DNA from: Myxococcota bacterium
Lineage (GTDB): Bacteria > Myxococcota > B64-G9
Direction of reading: 5' to 3'
DNA length: 64,000 nt
Assembly (NCBI GenBank): GCA_041560255.1
Contig: JBFFBT010000001.1
Location: 157-64,156 of the forward strand
In this document: one piece after another, positions 1 through 10,116 of the stretch
Numbering within the stretch: position 1 is the first letter of the stretch
How the letters are laid out: every line of letters begins with the position of its first letter
Notes under the pieces: model-generated
What the model saw: the letters and a program-made list of their open reading frames with translations, nothing else
Told to the model about the DNA's origin: nothing
Databases searched by the model: none
Translations under genes and position numbers: made by a program

Positions 1-394
1 TCCCCAGCCGACCCCGCATCCCAAGGCGGTCGACTGTCTCAACTGCCACAAGGCCATACATTACCCAGAAAGGGATTGCTTTACCTGTCACCCAGATGGG
101 TGTCCAAGTTGAGGTGGCAAATACACCAGCGCGTGCCGCTGGTAAGCGAAATATCCAATCTCTACATTTTTCTTATTCTTAATATACCAATACGTTCTGA
201 TTTTACCCGCAAACCTGTTGAGCCTCGTCTTTTTGCCGGTTTTCAGGGTGTACAAGACGCCCGAACGAGTATCTTGAGAGAGTGTCGCCGCCTCCGTTTT
301 CGGAAGAAACGGGAGGAGTAATCCATTATTACGGGTTGGTTGGGTTTTGCCTGCAAAGATTGGGTTTTGTTGCGGGAAGTTTACTCTTGAGGGG

Positions 395-1660
395 CTACTT
401 CTTGGCGCCGCCGGTGGCGTGGCCGTGCAGTTTGACTTCGACTTTTTCTTCCAGGGTGTCGTAGTACTCTTTCAGGATGGCCACAACCTCGGGTTTGGAA
501 AATTCCTTGGGTACTGGTTTGCCTTCGCTCATGAGCTTTCTGAGCATGGTTCCGGATAGCAGCAGCCGGGCTCCGCCTTTGTACTGGCCGTTGTCGTCGA
601 TCTCGGCCTTGCTGTCGTGCGGGCAGGTTTTCATCGATGCCATGGCGCCGCACTCGTAGCAGTAGAAGGTCCAATCCAACGGCAGGGGCTTGAGCTCGAG
701 GGCGCCTTTCGGGATTTGGTGGAAGATCTTCTGCGCATCAAACGGGCCGTAGTAGTCGCCCACACCGGCGTGATCCCTTCCGACGATGAGGTGCGAGCAG
801 CCGTAGTTCTGTCTGAACACCGCGTGCAGCAAAGCCTCCCGGGGGCCGGCGTAGCGCATTTCCATCGGATATCCGCCCTGGATGACTCTTTCCTTGCGGA
901 AGTAGTTGTCGACCAATGCCTGGATGGCTCTTACTCGAGTCTCGGCAGGAATGTCGCCGGGCTTCAGTTTGCCTACCAGTTGGTGGATGTAGACGCCGTC
1001 ACAAACCTCGATGGCGATCCAGGCCAGATAGGCGTGGGAGTTGTGCATGGGGTTTCGAAGCTGCAGCGCGGCCACCGTATCCCATCCACGCTCCTCGAAG
1101 ATCTTGCGGGCTTCGGCCGGACGTTGGTAAATTTCTTTAAACATCTCGGGGTAGTACGATTCGGAAAGCACCTTGACGGGTCCTGCCAGGTTCACGTCGG
1201 CCTGCGACATGACTTTTTGTACGCCCGGGTGGTTTTCATCGGTGGTGGTGAACACTTGCTTGCATTCGTGGGCTTTGTCGATGGTGTACTTTTCGGTTAC
1301 TTTCATGGTGCCCATGATGGCTTCGGTTTCGGTATCCCAGAGGGCGACTTCCTCGTTCTCTTTGATCGAGTCGGCCAGCGCCTTGTCGGCCGATAGGGTG
1401 ATGGGGATGGGCCAAAACAGATTGTTCATGGTCGGCATCGCCATGTTGTCGCAGACGCCTTTCCAATCTTTGCTGCCCATGAATCCATCGAGGGGTGTAA
1501 ATGCGCCGATGCCCAACATGATGAGGTCGGAGGCTTCCCGGGTCGTCATGGGAACCTTTTTGAGTTTTTCCGCTCTCTTGAGCTCGTCGGCTCTTTCTTT
1601 TCCTTCGAGCAAAAGGGGTTTGAGCTCTTTGCTGCCGTGCGGGTTTACCAAATTGCTCAT
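395..1660 (-). CDS. sat: sulfate adenylyltransferase (ATP sulfurylase)
   Basis: Protein begins [20 protein letters not shown] and aligns along its length to dissimilatory Sat ([20 protein letters not shown], HxxH region). Strong SD (GGAGGAAAAACC) sits directly upstream of the ATG at 1660. The ORF-track start at 1834 is an upstream in-frame extension without a convincing RBS. Confidence 0.9.
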   Translation of the reverse strand: MSNLVNPHGSKELKPLLLEGKERADELKRAEKLKKVPMTTREASDLIMLGIGAFTPLDGFMGSKDWKGVCDNMAMPTMNNLFWPIPITLSADKALADSIKENEEVALWDTETEAIMGTMKVTEKYTIDKAHECKQVFTTTDENHPGVQKVMSQADVNLAGPVKVLSESYYPEMFKEIYQRPAEARKIFEERGWDTVAALQLRNPMHNSHAYLAWIAIEVCDGVYIHQLVGKLKPGDIPAETRVRAIQALVDNYFRKERVIQGGYPMEMRYAGPREALLHAVFRQNYGCSHLIVGRDHAGVGDYYGPFDAQKIFHQIPKGALELKPLPLDWTFYCYECGAMASMKTCPHDSKAEIDDNGQYKGGARLLLSGTMLRKLMSEGKPVPKEFSKPEVVAILKEYYDTLEEKVEVKLHGHATGGAKK

Positions 1661-1707
1661 GGTTTTTCCTCCTTCGTTAAGTGATATGGATATGACGTTT
1701 TGTGCTT

Positions 1708-2814
1708 CTACGATTTGATGGTCATCCTCTCGTGAACCATTGCGAGCGTTCGATAGATGAGGTGTGCAAACTTTGAAAATGGAAACGTAACGAACAAGCT
1801 CAATACCGATGTCAAATGTAAGATGTAGATCCAACTGGCGAGCTCGGGATGCATCAGGTAACGTCCGACTTCGGTCAAAACGCCGGTGATCACCACCATC
1901 AAAACCACCGACAGAAAAAAATTGTCGTAGGCCGTGGCGTTGCCGGCGGGTTTATCCTGGCGCAAGCGATTTTGCAGCACCATGAAGCCACCGACCACCA
2001 GAAACACGGCCGCCACGTTGCCGATGATCTTGAACGGATGCCAAAACGGCAAGGGCAATTCTTCCATCAGAATATACATGGCCACAATGATGAAGGCGGA
2101 AGCCACGGCCGCCAACACAAAGCCCCAAAGCAGCGCAAAGTGGCCCCATTTGCGGGATTTGGCCGTGTCACATTTTCCGAAACGCCCGTGAAAAGCAATA
2201 TCCATGAGAACCGGTATCAGGCTGCCGATAAAAGAACCCTGACGGGGTTTGTCACGACCGATTTGGTTCCAGAATTTGATTGCTCCGGCTCCCGCGGTAA
2301 TGAGGATAAACCCGGTTACGCTGAAAAATACCGCATAAATGAGCCAGTGCGGCACCAGGCGATCATACACCAGCGGTGATTCCGGAATGGTCAAACCATT
2401 TACGGCATACAGGGCCGCCACCCAGAAAAGAAAAGGTATGCCCAGAAGAATCGGCCAAGTTGATTTGGCGTTTCCCACCAACTTTCCCAAGAAACCCGGC
2501 ACGGCGAGTCTTTCGACCGCAAGCGAACGCGCTGCTTGGAGGATGTCTCCAGGTCTGGCGTCCCGCGGGCAATGGGTTGTGCAATCGTTACACTGGTGGC
2601 AAAGCCATAATCCGGGATCGGAAGCCATCCGATCCGAAAGCCCCCATTGGGACCAGAGCATTTGGCGTCTCGGAAAAGGTTGTTCTTCAGGGGCGAGCTT
2701 GCAGACACTGCAACAGGTGGCACACTGAAAACACCTTGTCACCGGAGCCCCGCCGCGATCGTGTAATTTTTTCCGCCATTCGGAAGAGGGAACAATTTCA
2801 AGATGCGAGGCCAT
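1708..2814 (-). CDS. qmoC: quinone-interacting membrane-bound oxidoreductase subunit C (HdrC-like ferredoxin fused to HdrE-like heme-b membrane domain)
   Basis: N-terminal CxxCxxC FeS motifs ([22 protein letters not shown]) are followed by about 6 TM helices. It sits immediately downstream of qmoAB. SD is CAGGAGGAAT before the ATG at 2814. Confidence 0.85.
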   Translation of the reverse strand: MASHLEIVPSSEWRKKLHDRGGAPVTRCFQCATCCSVCKLAPEEQPFPRRQMLWSQWGLSDRMASDPGLWLCHQCNDCTTHCPRDARPGDILQAARSLAVERLAVPGFLGKLVGNAKSTWPILLGIPFLFWVAALYAVNGLTIPESPLVYDRLVPHWLIYAVFFSVTGFILITAGAGAIKFWNQIGRDKPRQGSFIGSLIPVLMDIAFHGRFGKCDTAKSRKWGHFALLWGFVLAAVASAFIIVAMYILMEELPLPFWHPFKIIGNVAAVFLVVGGFMVLQNRLRQDKPAGNATAYDNFFLSVVLMVVITGVLTEVGRYLMHPELASWIYILHLTSVLSLFVTFPFSKFAHLIYRTLAMVHERMTIKS

Positions 2815-2842
2815 GTATAATTCCTCCTGTTGAGATCACGTA

Positions 2843-5083
2843 TTAGAATCCCTTATACGGGTTGGGACCCACTTGTTCAATGGTTTCGGCGAAAGCATCG
2901 AGCAACTCCGGGATTCTGTGAAACTCGTTGTGTGACAGCTCGTGGACTTGCACGCGCTCGGACTCCAATGTCAACCTGTCCAGGGTCTCCTGCACGTTGG
3001 TCATCCGGGTTTTGGCGAGCTCAGAGCCGCGGATGTAATGGCATTGGTAATCGTCGCCACTCTTGCATCCGATTAAAATGACACCGTCGATGCCCCGGGA
3101 CAACGAATCTGCGATCCATACTGTATTGACCGCGCCCAAACAACGCACCGGGATGATACGAATCCACGGGTTCCATTGCATGCGTCGGCCGGCTGCCTGA
3201 TCGAGCGCGGGGATCGCGTCATTTTCGCATAACAATGCAATCATTCTGGGCTTTTCTTCATCTTCTTCCGGCACTTCGATAGCTTTTATCATACTGGCGA
3301 CGCTGTCGACCGAATACTCAGGGAACGAAATGATGCGCTCCGGACAAGCCCCCAGACAAATGCCGCATCGCCGGCACCGAAGGGGAAAATACTCCGGGGT
3401 GCCTTTCTTGTCTTCGTTGAGTGTCCCGAAGGGGCATTCCTCGGTGCAGCGTTTGCATTGCGTACAGCGCTGCAAAAAGAAACTCGCGATGGAGGTATCG
3501 CCCGCCCGCGGGTGCACCGCCATACCATGGGTGTTGGCTTCGATGCACTGGACGGCTTTCATGGCCGCACCCCAACCGTCTTCGGATGCCTGGGCGGCGT
3601 CCATGGGCGCTCTGAGGGTGCCGGCTGCATAGATACCCGTCCGCCGGGTCTCGTAAGGAAAGCAGATGTAATGCGAGTCCGGAAATGAGTAAGAAAGCAC
3701 TGGCATATCGGGACCTTGCCTGTAATGCAGGTTCAAAATCTCGGTGCCTTCGTGATGGATGTTCTTGGCTTCGATTTTCTTGGCTTCTTCCACCTGGGTG
3801 GCAGATTCGTTTTTGTTGATCCGCACCCGGGCGTCTTGAAGCTCTCGGATGGCTTCTCCGTCGGCTGATACCGGGACCATACCGGTGGCCAGCACCACCA
3901 TGTCGGCCTCCAGGGAGACTTGCTCTCCCAGTAGGCTGTTTTGCATTTGAATCCGTAGCTTGTCGCCGTCCAGGGTCTCGACACTTTCGACTTCGCCGCG
4001 GGTAAACATGCAACCGGTTTTCTCCTGCACACTCGCGTAAAAATGCTCGAGCTGGCCCGGAGCGCGAAAATCCCGGTACATGACGGCGCATTCCACTTGT
4101 GGGTGGCTGGCATGCAGGGTCGCCACTTGCTTGAGTGTAGTTGCACAGCATTCACCGGAGCAATAGCGCAAGTGTTTTTCATCCCGGGAGCCGGCGCATT
4201 GTATAAAAACCACTCTGCCCGGAAGGGGGGTTTTCAGACCTCCCTGAGACATGAGGTCTTCGAGCTCATGCGAAGTGATGACCCGGGGTGATTTTCCGTA
4301 TCCCAAATGAGACAGCTTGTCGGCGTCATAGGGTTTGGCTCCGGTTGCTTGGATGACGGCGCCGGCCTTGAAGTTTTCTTCACCGGAGGCGGTTTGCACC
4401 ACAACATCAAATTGACCCGGTTGACCTTGGATGGATTTGATTTTCGATCCTTTGAAAATCTTGATGGTCTTATGATCTTCGACTTCGGCGACGATGTCAG
4501 CCAGATTGTTGGGATGCGGGCTGTCGTATGGGGGTTTTTCCGGGACCAGGGTTTTGACTCGATTGAGATAACCTCCCAATTTGGCTTGTTTTTCCACCAA
4601 AACCACGGGATGTCCCATGCCTGCTGCAGCCCTGGCGGCTTGTAAACCGGCAAGTCCTGCTCCTACGACCAACACGGTTCGGTCGATGGTCTCTTGGGAT
4701 GCAGCCGGAAGCTCGTTTTTGGCGATACGCGCCAAACCCATCTTGAGGAGATCTTCGGCCAGCATCTGCGTATCTTCGTCGTTGGGTTTGTGGGTCCAGG
4801 CGACTTGTTCCCGCAGGCACACTCTCTCCATCGAGATTTTTAGCGGATTCACTCGAAACTCTTCGGTTTTCTCCCGGTGCGAGCAAGCGGCGATACACAG
4901 ACCGTTCAGGCCGTCGTTTTCGACGGCATTGTGTATTAAATTGATACCTTCCTCAGAGCACAGGCAAGGATGGTTCGCGAAAAACTTCGCGCCGCGTTCC
5001 TTGGCCAGCTCTTCGATGTTTTCGGTATTGATGGCTGCGCCGATCTCACAACCGGTACACAGGAACAATCCAACCTTGTCCAT
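2843..5083 (-). CDS. qmoB: quinone-interacting membrane-bound oxidoreductase subunit B (HdrA-like flavoprotein with MvhD-like C-terminus)
   Basis: Contains an FAD-binding GxGxxG (VLVVGAGLAGLQAARAA), multiple Cys clusters, a C-terminal MvhD-like domain, and an HdrA-type insertion. About 746 aa, typical of QmoB. The start overlaps the qmoA stop (GTGATG). Confidence 0.85.
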   Translation of the reverse strand: MDKVGLFLCTGCEIGAAINTENIEELAKERGAKFFANHPCLCSEEGINLIHNAVENDGLNGLCIAACSHREKTEEFRVNPLKISMERVCLREQVAWTHKPNDEDTQMLAEDLLKMGLARIAKNELPAASQETIDRTVLVVGAGLAGLQAARAAAGMGHPVVLVEKQAKLGGYLNRVKTLVPEKPPYDSPHPNNLADIVAEVEDHKTIKIFKGSKIKSIQGQPGQFDVVVQTASGEENFKAGAVIQATGAKPYDADKLSHLGYGKSPRVITSHELEDLMSQGGLKTPLPGRVVFIQCAGSRDEKHLRYCSGECCATTLKQVATLHASHPQVECAVMYRDFRAPGQLEHFYASVQEKTGCMFTRGEVESVETLDGDKLRIQMQNSLLGEQVSLEADMVVLATGMVPVSADGEAIRELQDARVRINKNESATQVEEAKKIEAKNIHHEGTEILNLHYRQGPDMPVLSYSFPDSHYICFPYETRRTGIYAAGTLRAPMDAAQASEDGWGAAMKAVQCIEANTHGMAVHPRAGDTSIASFFLQRCTQCKRCTEECPFGTLNEDKKGTPEYFPLRCRRCGICLGACPERIISFPEYSVDSVASMIKAIEVPEEDEEKPRMIALLCENDAIPALDQAAGRRMQWNPWIRIIPVRCLGAVNTVWIADSLSRGIDGVILIGCKSGDDYQCHYIRGSELAKTRMTNVQETLDRLTLESERVQVHELSHNEFHRIPELLDAFAETIEQVGPNPYKGF

Positions 5084-6345
5084 CACAAACCTCCTTGAGA
5101 ACCTTGGGCAACACAGGCTTTGGCAGCAGCCCCGGTTGCGTCTCTCACAGATGCGGCCACATCCTCAGGTCTTCTGGTCACGCCCGCGACGAAGATCTTT
5201 TTATCCGGATTGTCCAATCCGAAGCCATCAGAATCTTTTGGAAGATCGAAAACCTTCATATCGTCCTTGAGGTTGGGCACCATGCCGGTAGCCAACACAA
5301 CCAAGTCGGCGTCGGCCTCAATCAATTTTCCGGCTTCGACGTCTTCGACTTTCAACTTGAGAGAGTTGTTTTGGGTCTCGATTGCCCCCACTTTACCTTT
5401 GATCATCTTAACGCCTTCCATACCGGCGACTTTCAACAGCAGGTCTTCATTGCGGCCGGGTGTTCGGCGATCAATGTAATAGATGGTTACTTCGCTTTCG
5501 GGGATTTGCTCGCGTACATACGTGGCTTGTTTGAGAGATGCCAGGCAACATACCCCCGAGCAGTAAGGCAAATGGTTGACGTCCCGGGAGCCTGCGCACT
5601 GCACAAAGGCCACTTTTTTAGGAGGCTGTCCGTCTGAAGGTCTCAGGATTTTTCCTGCGGTGGGTCCCGCTTTGACTGCCAACCTCTCCATGTGGGCGTT
5701 CGATATGACATCCGAGAGCTTTCCCGCTCCCAAGTTGGTGAGGTTTTGGAGCGGATAGGGTTTCCATCCGGTTGCCACGACTACGGCCGAGACCGCCAAA
5801 GTCTCCTCGGTCGGTTGGGCGTTGAGATCCACGGCATTGTACTTGCAAGCACCTGCGACGGCGTCAAGATCGGATTGCGGGCAGGCTGCTTTGTCCAGTA
5901 CATACTGTTTGGGCCAGGCATCCTTGTGGTACAATCTGGCCGCTGGGACTTGGCTTAGACCCAGGTTGACCGGATCAGGCACTTTAGTGGTACACACCTT
6001 TTCGCATTCTCCACAAGCCGTACAGTTGTCGTTGATGTACTGTGGCTTGCGGGTTAATGTTACCTGCCAGCCTTGAGCGTCGGCCGACGCTTTTGTAACT
6101 TGAGTCTGTGTCAGCACGCGAATGCGCGGGTTGCGCTCGATTCTTTTGATGTTGATCTCCATCCCACAGGTGGGAGGGCAGAGCTTGGGGAAGTATTGGA
6201 AGTTGCGCACGACCCGCCCTCCGATGGAAGGCTCGCTTTCGAGCAAGATTACTTCCCGGCCGGCCTCGGCTGCCTCAATAGCGGCGGTAACTCCGGCGAT
6301 GCCCGCGCCCACGACCAAAAGCGGGTGTTTTGCGGTTGCATTCAT
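5083..6345 (-). CDS. qmoA: quinone-interacting membrane-bound oxidoreductase subunit A (HdrA-like flavoprotein)
   Basis: Contains MNATAKHPLLVVGAGIAGVTAAIEAAEAG (FAD GxGxxG) and HdrA-like Cys motifs. About 420 aa. SD is GAGGAGAGAACC before the ATG at 6345. The ORF-track start at 6423 is an unlikely upstream extension. Confidence 0.85.
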   Translation of the reverse strand: MNATAKHPLLVVGAGIAGVTAAIEAAEAGREVILLESEPSIGGRVVRNFQYFPKLCPPTCGMEINIKRIERNPRIRVLTQTQVTKASADAQGWQVTLTRKPQYINDNCTACGECEKVCTTKVPDPVNLGLSQVPAARLYHKDAWPKQYVLDKAACPQSDLDAVAGACKYNAVDLNAQPTEETLAVSAVVVATGWKPYPLQNLTNLGAGKLSDVISNAHMERLAVKAGPTAGKILRPSDGQPPKKVAFVQCAGSRDVNHLPYCSGVCCLASLKQATYVREQIPESEVTIYYIDRRTPGRNEDLLLKVAGMEGVKMIKGKVGAIETQNNSLKLKVEDVEAGKLIEADADLVVLATGMVPNLKDDMKVFDLPKDSDGFGLDNPDKKIFVAGVTRRPEDVAASVRDATGAAAKACVAQGSQGGL

Positions 6346-7151
6346 GGTTCTCTCCTCGTTTTGGTGGAGGCGGGGTTGCGCGCCACCAAAGTGGGTTCTG
6401 CAAATAGGGCGAAACGCAACCAACGAAAGGCAAATTGAAGCAAGGCCGTATCGTCGGTGCGCATTTTTTCAATGATTTCCGGTTCGAGATCAAACCTGTC
6501 CAAAAAACTCGATTCGAAGACAAATTGGCGAAACTTGTCCAAGTTGTAGCAAGCCATATGGAACATTTCGATGCGTTTTGGATCCAGTTGACGCCCGCCG
6601 ATGAACCAGGGATGTGACACGATTTCGGTATATCCGGATTCGATTTCTTCCTGCTCGGGTACTTTCTGGTTGTTACGGTAACTCTCCACCGTCCAAGTCT
6701 GTTTTTCAGCATGACCCCGGCAAAAAGAATCCTGAAAGAGAAAATAGAGCGGTTTGGGGGTTTCACCTGCACGAGCCGGGGGGATCGCCATCCCCAGCGG
6801 ATACATGCGACACGACCAAGGTCTGCTGTCGTAGACCGTGCAGCCGTCTTCGCCGACGAACGGACAGGTTTTTTTCTCGTTGTCGCTCATGCGTAACAGT
6901 ACCACCGGCAAGTGGAGATCTTTGGTAATGGGCATCAGTGTGTGTCGATCCAAAAAGCTGTCGGTGGATAGGCCCACTCGTCTCGATAAGCGCAGCACAT
7001 CCAAGGGAGTCAGAAAGATATTGATGTCCGCACAGCAATCGGTAAAGCAGGGTATTTTAGAATGACATGCAAAACAAAAGGATTCGTCGGGCTTGACTTG
7101 CTTTTTATCTCTCAACGCGTAGGGGAGCGTATTTGGTTTATTATCGGTCAT
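6342..7151 (-). CDS. YkgJ/UPF0153-family CxxCxxCC putative Fe/Zn-binding protein, translationally coupled to qmoA
   Basis: Motif FCFACHSKIPCFTDCC (CxxCx5Cx3CC) is typical of the PF03692 family. There is a 4-bp overlap with the qmoA start. SD-like GAAGGA lies upstream. Confidence 0.6.
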   Translation of the reverse strand: MTDNKPNTLPYALRDKKQVKPDESFCFACHSKIPCFTDCCADINIFLTPLDVLRLSRRVGLSTDSFLDRHTLMPITKDLHLPVVLLRMSDNEKKTCPFVGEDGCTVYDSRPWSCRMYPLGMAIPPARAGETPKPLYFLFQDSFCRGHAEKQTWTVESYRNNQKVPEQEEIESGYTEIVSHPWFIGGRQLDPKRIEMFHMACYNLDKFRQFVFESSFLDRFDLEPEIIEKMRTDDTALLQFAFRWLRFALFAEPTLVARNPASTKTRREP

Positions 7152-7161
7152 GGCGTATCAG

Positions 7162-7452
7162 CTATCCTTCGTCTTCCAGGAGACGGTCAATGATTGCGGT
7201 TTCCGACCATACCGGCAAGGGCGAAGAGCTTTTTGTGTCCGGATTTGTCACCCTGTAACGATAGGACGCTTTGAGCTTGTACTTTTCCCACATCCAATCC
7301 CAGCCTTGTTGGTAATATGAACAGTTGTTGTTGAAACAGGCCCACTGAGGGGTTTGATCCCATCCCGTACCATCCGGCATCTCGAAGGCTTTGAGAGGGT
7401 GATGACAATGTGGGCAAGTAAGATCTACACTATTTGGTTTTAACGTTTGCAT
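7162..7452 (-). CDS. small Trp-rich Cys4 (zinc-ribbon-like) hypothetical protein between aprA and qmoA
   Basis: 96-aa ORF with CPHC ... CFNNNC. Sits in the same orientation between aprA and the YkgJ-like gene. Weak RBS. No family recognised. Confidence 0.45.
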   Translation of the reverse strand: MQTLKPNSVDLTCPHCHHPLKAFEMPDGTGWDQTPQWACFNNNCSYYQQGWDWMWEKYKLKASYRYRVTNPDTKSSSPLPVWSETAIIDRLLEDEG

Positions 7453-7466
7453 CGGCTCAATGTGAA

Positions 7467-7545
7467 CAAACCCCAGACACCCGAAAGGTATCTGGGGTTT
7501 GTTCTGGTGCCTCCATTCAACGAGCGCCTAAAGAGGCGCTGGTTT
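7467..7545 (-). terminator. two stem-loops in the 100-nt aprA-downstream spacer (candidate partial terminator / RNA-stabilising structure)
   Basis: First: 15-bp inverted repeat caaaccccagacacc / ggtatctggggtttg (7467-7501), loop cgaaa. Second: agcgcc-taaaga-ggcgct (7523-7540). No clean U-tract, so partial termination or a processing site is more likely than a strong terminator. Confidence 0.4.
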
Positions 7546-7553
7546 CTCTACAA

Positions 7554-9425
7554 TTAGAAGATCTTCTTGACGGGAATCTTTTTCAGTTCCCATTCTTCGG
7601 TTTTGGGATCGATCCGGCAGTTGACAAACACGTTCCAGTTGTCGTTGTCCATCTTGGGCTTGTCGGAGCGGAAATAGTATCCCGGCCACCGGGTTTCTTC
7701 CCTGTACAGCATCGATCGCACATGGGCTTCGGCCTGATACATGCGGTGTGTGTTTTCCCAGCAGCGCATCAAGTCGTGCAGATCGGTGGCGGCCAATTTT
7801 TGGCTGTCTTCTTTCAACAGGGTCAGAAGCTCCAAGGCTTTTTCGAGGTTTTTCTGAGATGTCGTAAATTGAGCGGTCACACCGCCGGCATACTCGTCCA
7901 TGCACTTTTGCAGCCGCTGCATAAACGGGCGCCACAGGATGTAGTTCGGGTTGACGTCGATCTGGGTGGTCTTGTCTTTGTTTTCTTCGAACGTCTTGAG
8001 CGGCTGTAGAGCTTCTTCCTTGAGCTTTTCGATCTCGGCGCTGTTGTAGTTGTAGTTCGGTTTTTCTTTCAAGATGTAGCGGATGGCTGCCTTGCCTGCG
8101 ATTCGACCTTCGGCGTGGGAGCCGGAGGAGAACTTGTGGCTGGAAGCGCCCGATGCATCGCCGGCGCAGAACATGCCCTTTATGGTGGACATGTTGTCAT
8201 AACCCCAGAAATATTCAGGCGGGGAGATGTCTTCGGAGCCGCTGACCCAAGCGCCCGACGCGCCCGAATGAGAGCCGATGAAATACGGCTCGGCGGCGGC
8301 GATCTCGGAAGCTTTTTCTTCCGGCTGAATATCGCTGGCTGCCCACAGGATGGCTTGGGAGATGGTCATATCCAAGAAATCTTCCCATGCTTCGGCTTCG
8401 AGCTCTTTCAGTTTCTTTTTGGCGGCTTTCTCGTCGCCCGCGCTCTCGGCGATCTTTTTGATGGCTTCTTCGGTGCGCATATAGATGGGAGCTTTGCCTT
8501 CCATCACGTCCAACATCATGAGGTAGTTTCTCAGGTTGGCAGGCACCGGTTTCACCAGGCCGTAAGGGGCCCAGTTTTCGAGCTCGGGCTTGCGGGTTTC
8601 CATGTAGGACTCGCCGAGCGCGTTGGTCGCACGGGATTTGAACAACAAGAACCACGCACCCACCGGACCGTAAGCGTCTTTGAACCGCACCGGAATGAAG
8701 CGGACTTCCTGGCAGGTCATCTCGGCGCCGGCTTTGAGGGTAAAGTAGGCCGAGGCACCCGAGTTGAAAGGAGGATACCATGCACGGCCCGCGCCTTCGC
8801 CGGAAGACCGCGGCTTGAACACGCCGACAGCTCCGCCCATGCTTACCAGGGTGGCTTTCGCTTTGAAAATGTAAAATTTGTTTTCACGGATGGAAAATCC
8901 GATCGCTCCGGAGCACTTGTCGCCATCCAACAAGGGACCGGTGATGAAAACACGCTCATAGATGTTTTCGGTGCCCAACGCGTTTTTGGCCGCTTCGGCA
9001 ACGACGACTTTGTAAGATTCGCCGTTGATCATCAGCTGCCAGCGTCCTTCGTGGACATAGTTGCCTTCTTTGTCTTTCCAGATCGGCAATCCCCATTTCT
9101 CAAACAAGTGAACGGAGGAATCCACGTGCCGGGCGATGTTGGCAACCAAGTCTTCACGGGTGATGCCCATCAAGTCGTTGCGGACATAATCCACATAATC
9201 TTTGATCGTGTTTTCGCCGTCTTTCAACCCAACGTACTGGTTGATAGCCGAGAGTCCCATTGCTACTGCGCCGGAACGATCCATGGCGGCTTTGTCAACC
9301 AACGTAACCTTCAGTCCGTTCTTCTTTGCCCAGTAAGCGGCTTCCCCAGCGGCGCCGCAGGCCGCCATACCGCCACCGAGGATAAGAAGATCAGTTGTGA
9401 CCTCTACGGTTTCGAAGTTAGCCAT
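7554..9425 (-). CDS. aprA: adenylylsulfate (APS) reductase alpha subunit
   Basis: MANFETVEVTTDLLILGGGMAACGAAGEAAYWA (FAD site) shows end-to-end similarity to AprA. Strong SD AAGGGAGGAGACAGAT before the ATG at 9425. The upstream extension to 9455 would overlap aprB. Confidence 0.9.
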   Translation of the reverse strand: MANFETVEVTTDLLILGGGMAACGAAGEAAYWAKKNGLKVTLVDKAAMDRSGAVAMGLSAINQYVGLKDGENTIKDYVDYVRNDLMGITREDLVANIARHVDSSVHLFEKWGLPIWKDKEGNYVHEGRWQLMINGESYKVVVAEAAKNALGTENIYERVFITGPLLDGDKCSGAIGFSIRENKFYIFKAKATLVSMGGAVGVFKPRSSGEGAGRAWYPPFNSGASAYFTLKAGAEMTCQEVRFIPVRFKDAYGPVGAWFLLFKSRATNALGESYMETRKPELENWAPYGLVKPVPANLRNYLMMLDVMEGKAPIYMRTEEAIKKIAESAGDEKAAKKKLKELEAEAWEDFLDMTISQAILWAASDIQPEEKASEIAAAEPYFIGSHSGASGAWVSGSEDISPPEYFWGYDNMSTIKGMFCAGDASGASSHKFSSGSHAEGRIAGKAAIRYILKEKPNYNYNSAEIEKLKEEALQPLKTFEENKDKTTQIDVNPNYILWRPFMQRLQKCMDEYAGGVTAQFTTSQKNLEKALELLTLLKEDSQKLAATDLHDLMRCWENTHRMYQAEAHVRSMLYREETRWPGYYFRSDKPKMDNDNWNVFVNCRIDPKTEEWELKKIPVKKIF

Positions 9426-9439
9426 ATCTGTCTCCTCCC

Positions 9440-9877
9440 TTACTTCTTGGTCCATACTTCAGGTGTTCCACAAGATGCCGGTTCGGTATACAGAGCAGGA
9501 CTGTTGATATCCGGCTCGTTGGCCCAACCGCCCGCAGGCTCCGCTTTGCCTTCCGGGGTTGTACGGATGGGGAACTTGAAGCGTTTCACTTGGCCACTGC
9601 GGAATTTCACCGTCCACATGATGTTGTCGGTCGAGCGCATGGGTACGACGGAAGCGCCCATGGGGACGAAATCGGCGTAACCGCGCACATCGACAGCCTG
9701 GGTCGGGCAAATCTTGACACAGTTGTAGCATTCCCAGCATTGGGAAGGATCGCGGTTGAAAGCCTTCATCTTGTCCTTGTCGAGAACCATCAAATCATTG
9801 GGACAGATGTACTGGCAGGCGGTCTTGTCGAGCGCCTTGCACCCGTCACACTTATCCGGGTTTACAAAACTTGGCAT
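9440..9877 (-). CDS. aprB: adenylylsulfate reductase beta subunit (2x[4Fe-4S])
   Basis: MPSFVNPDKCDGCKALDKTACQYICPNDLM ... CWECYNCVKICP ... KRFKFPIRTTPEG is a textbook AprB. SD is CCAAGGAGGTGACGA. Confidence 0.9.
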   Translation of the reverse strand: MPSFVNPDKCDGCKALDKTACQYICPNDLMVLDKDKMKAFNRDPSQCWECYNCVKICPTQAVDVRGYADFVPMGASVVPMRSTDNIMWTVKFRSGQVKRFKFPIRTTPEGKAEPAGGWANEPDINSPALYTEPASCGTPEVWTKK

Positions 9878-10116
9878 TCGTCACCTCCTTGGCCTATTCG
9901 GCCAATTTGCACGTTGGGGTTGTGTTTCAAAGTTCAACCGTTTGAACGACTTATGAAGCCACTTCATCGGTACCTCTTACTGCCACCCTCTTTTGGGAAA
10001 CCCATGATCCCTCTCTTTGCAGGCGAGCTAAGTTACTCAGCAGTAAAGAAATATGTCAAGGTGAAAATTTAGATGGTGACGATAAATGGATTTGATGGTT
10101 ATTTGGTGGACTGTGG
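9878..10116 (-). promoter_or_regulatory. aprBA leader/promoter region with GTTCAAccgtTTGAAC palindrome (about 9933-9948)
   Basis: 240-bp non-coding region upstream of aprB, downstream of the LysR gene. Contains a 6-4-6 palindrome and AT-rich stretches. Promoter elements were not resolved. Confidence 0.35.

Noticed and set aside
76-394. Short ORFs and a possible terminator downstream of sat (plus-strand ORFs 76..321, 282..464)
   Set aside because: No RBS or similarity. The imperfect CCGTTT/AAACGG stem near 291-314 lacks a U-tract, so no terminator call is made. The region may hold the end of a gene lying outside the window.
617-1396. Long plus-strand ORFs (617..1396 and 1173..1718) antisense to sat
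   Set aside because: They lie entirely inside the well-supported sat gene on the opposite strand, have no RBS or family similarity, and are typical high-GC antisense artefacts.
6275-6772. 165-aa minus-strand ORF and 117-aa plus-strand ORF overlapping the qmoA start / YkgJ-like gene
   Set aside because: Alternative frames of the coding region; the YkgJ-family frame has the conserved CxxCxxCC motif and translational coupling to qmoA.
8115-9680. 521-aa plus-strand ORF antisense to aprA/aprB
   Set aside because: Low-complexity Gly/Arg/Ala-rich translation opposite a textbook aprA; artefact of GC-rich third positions.
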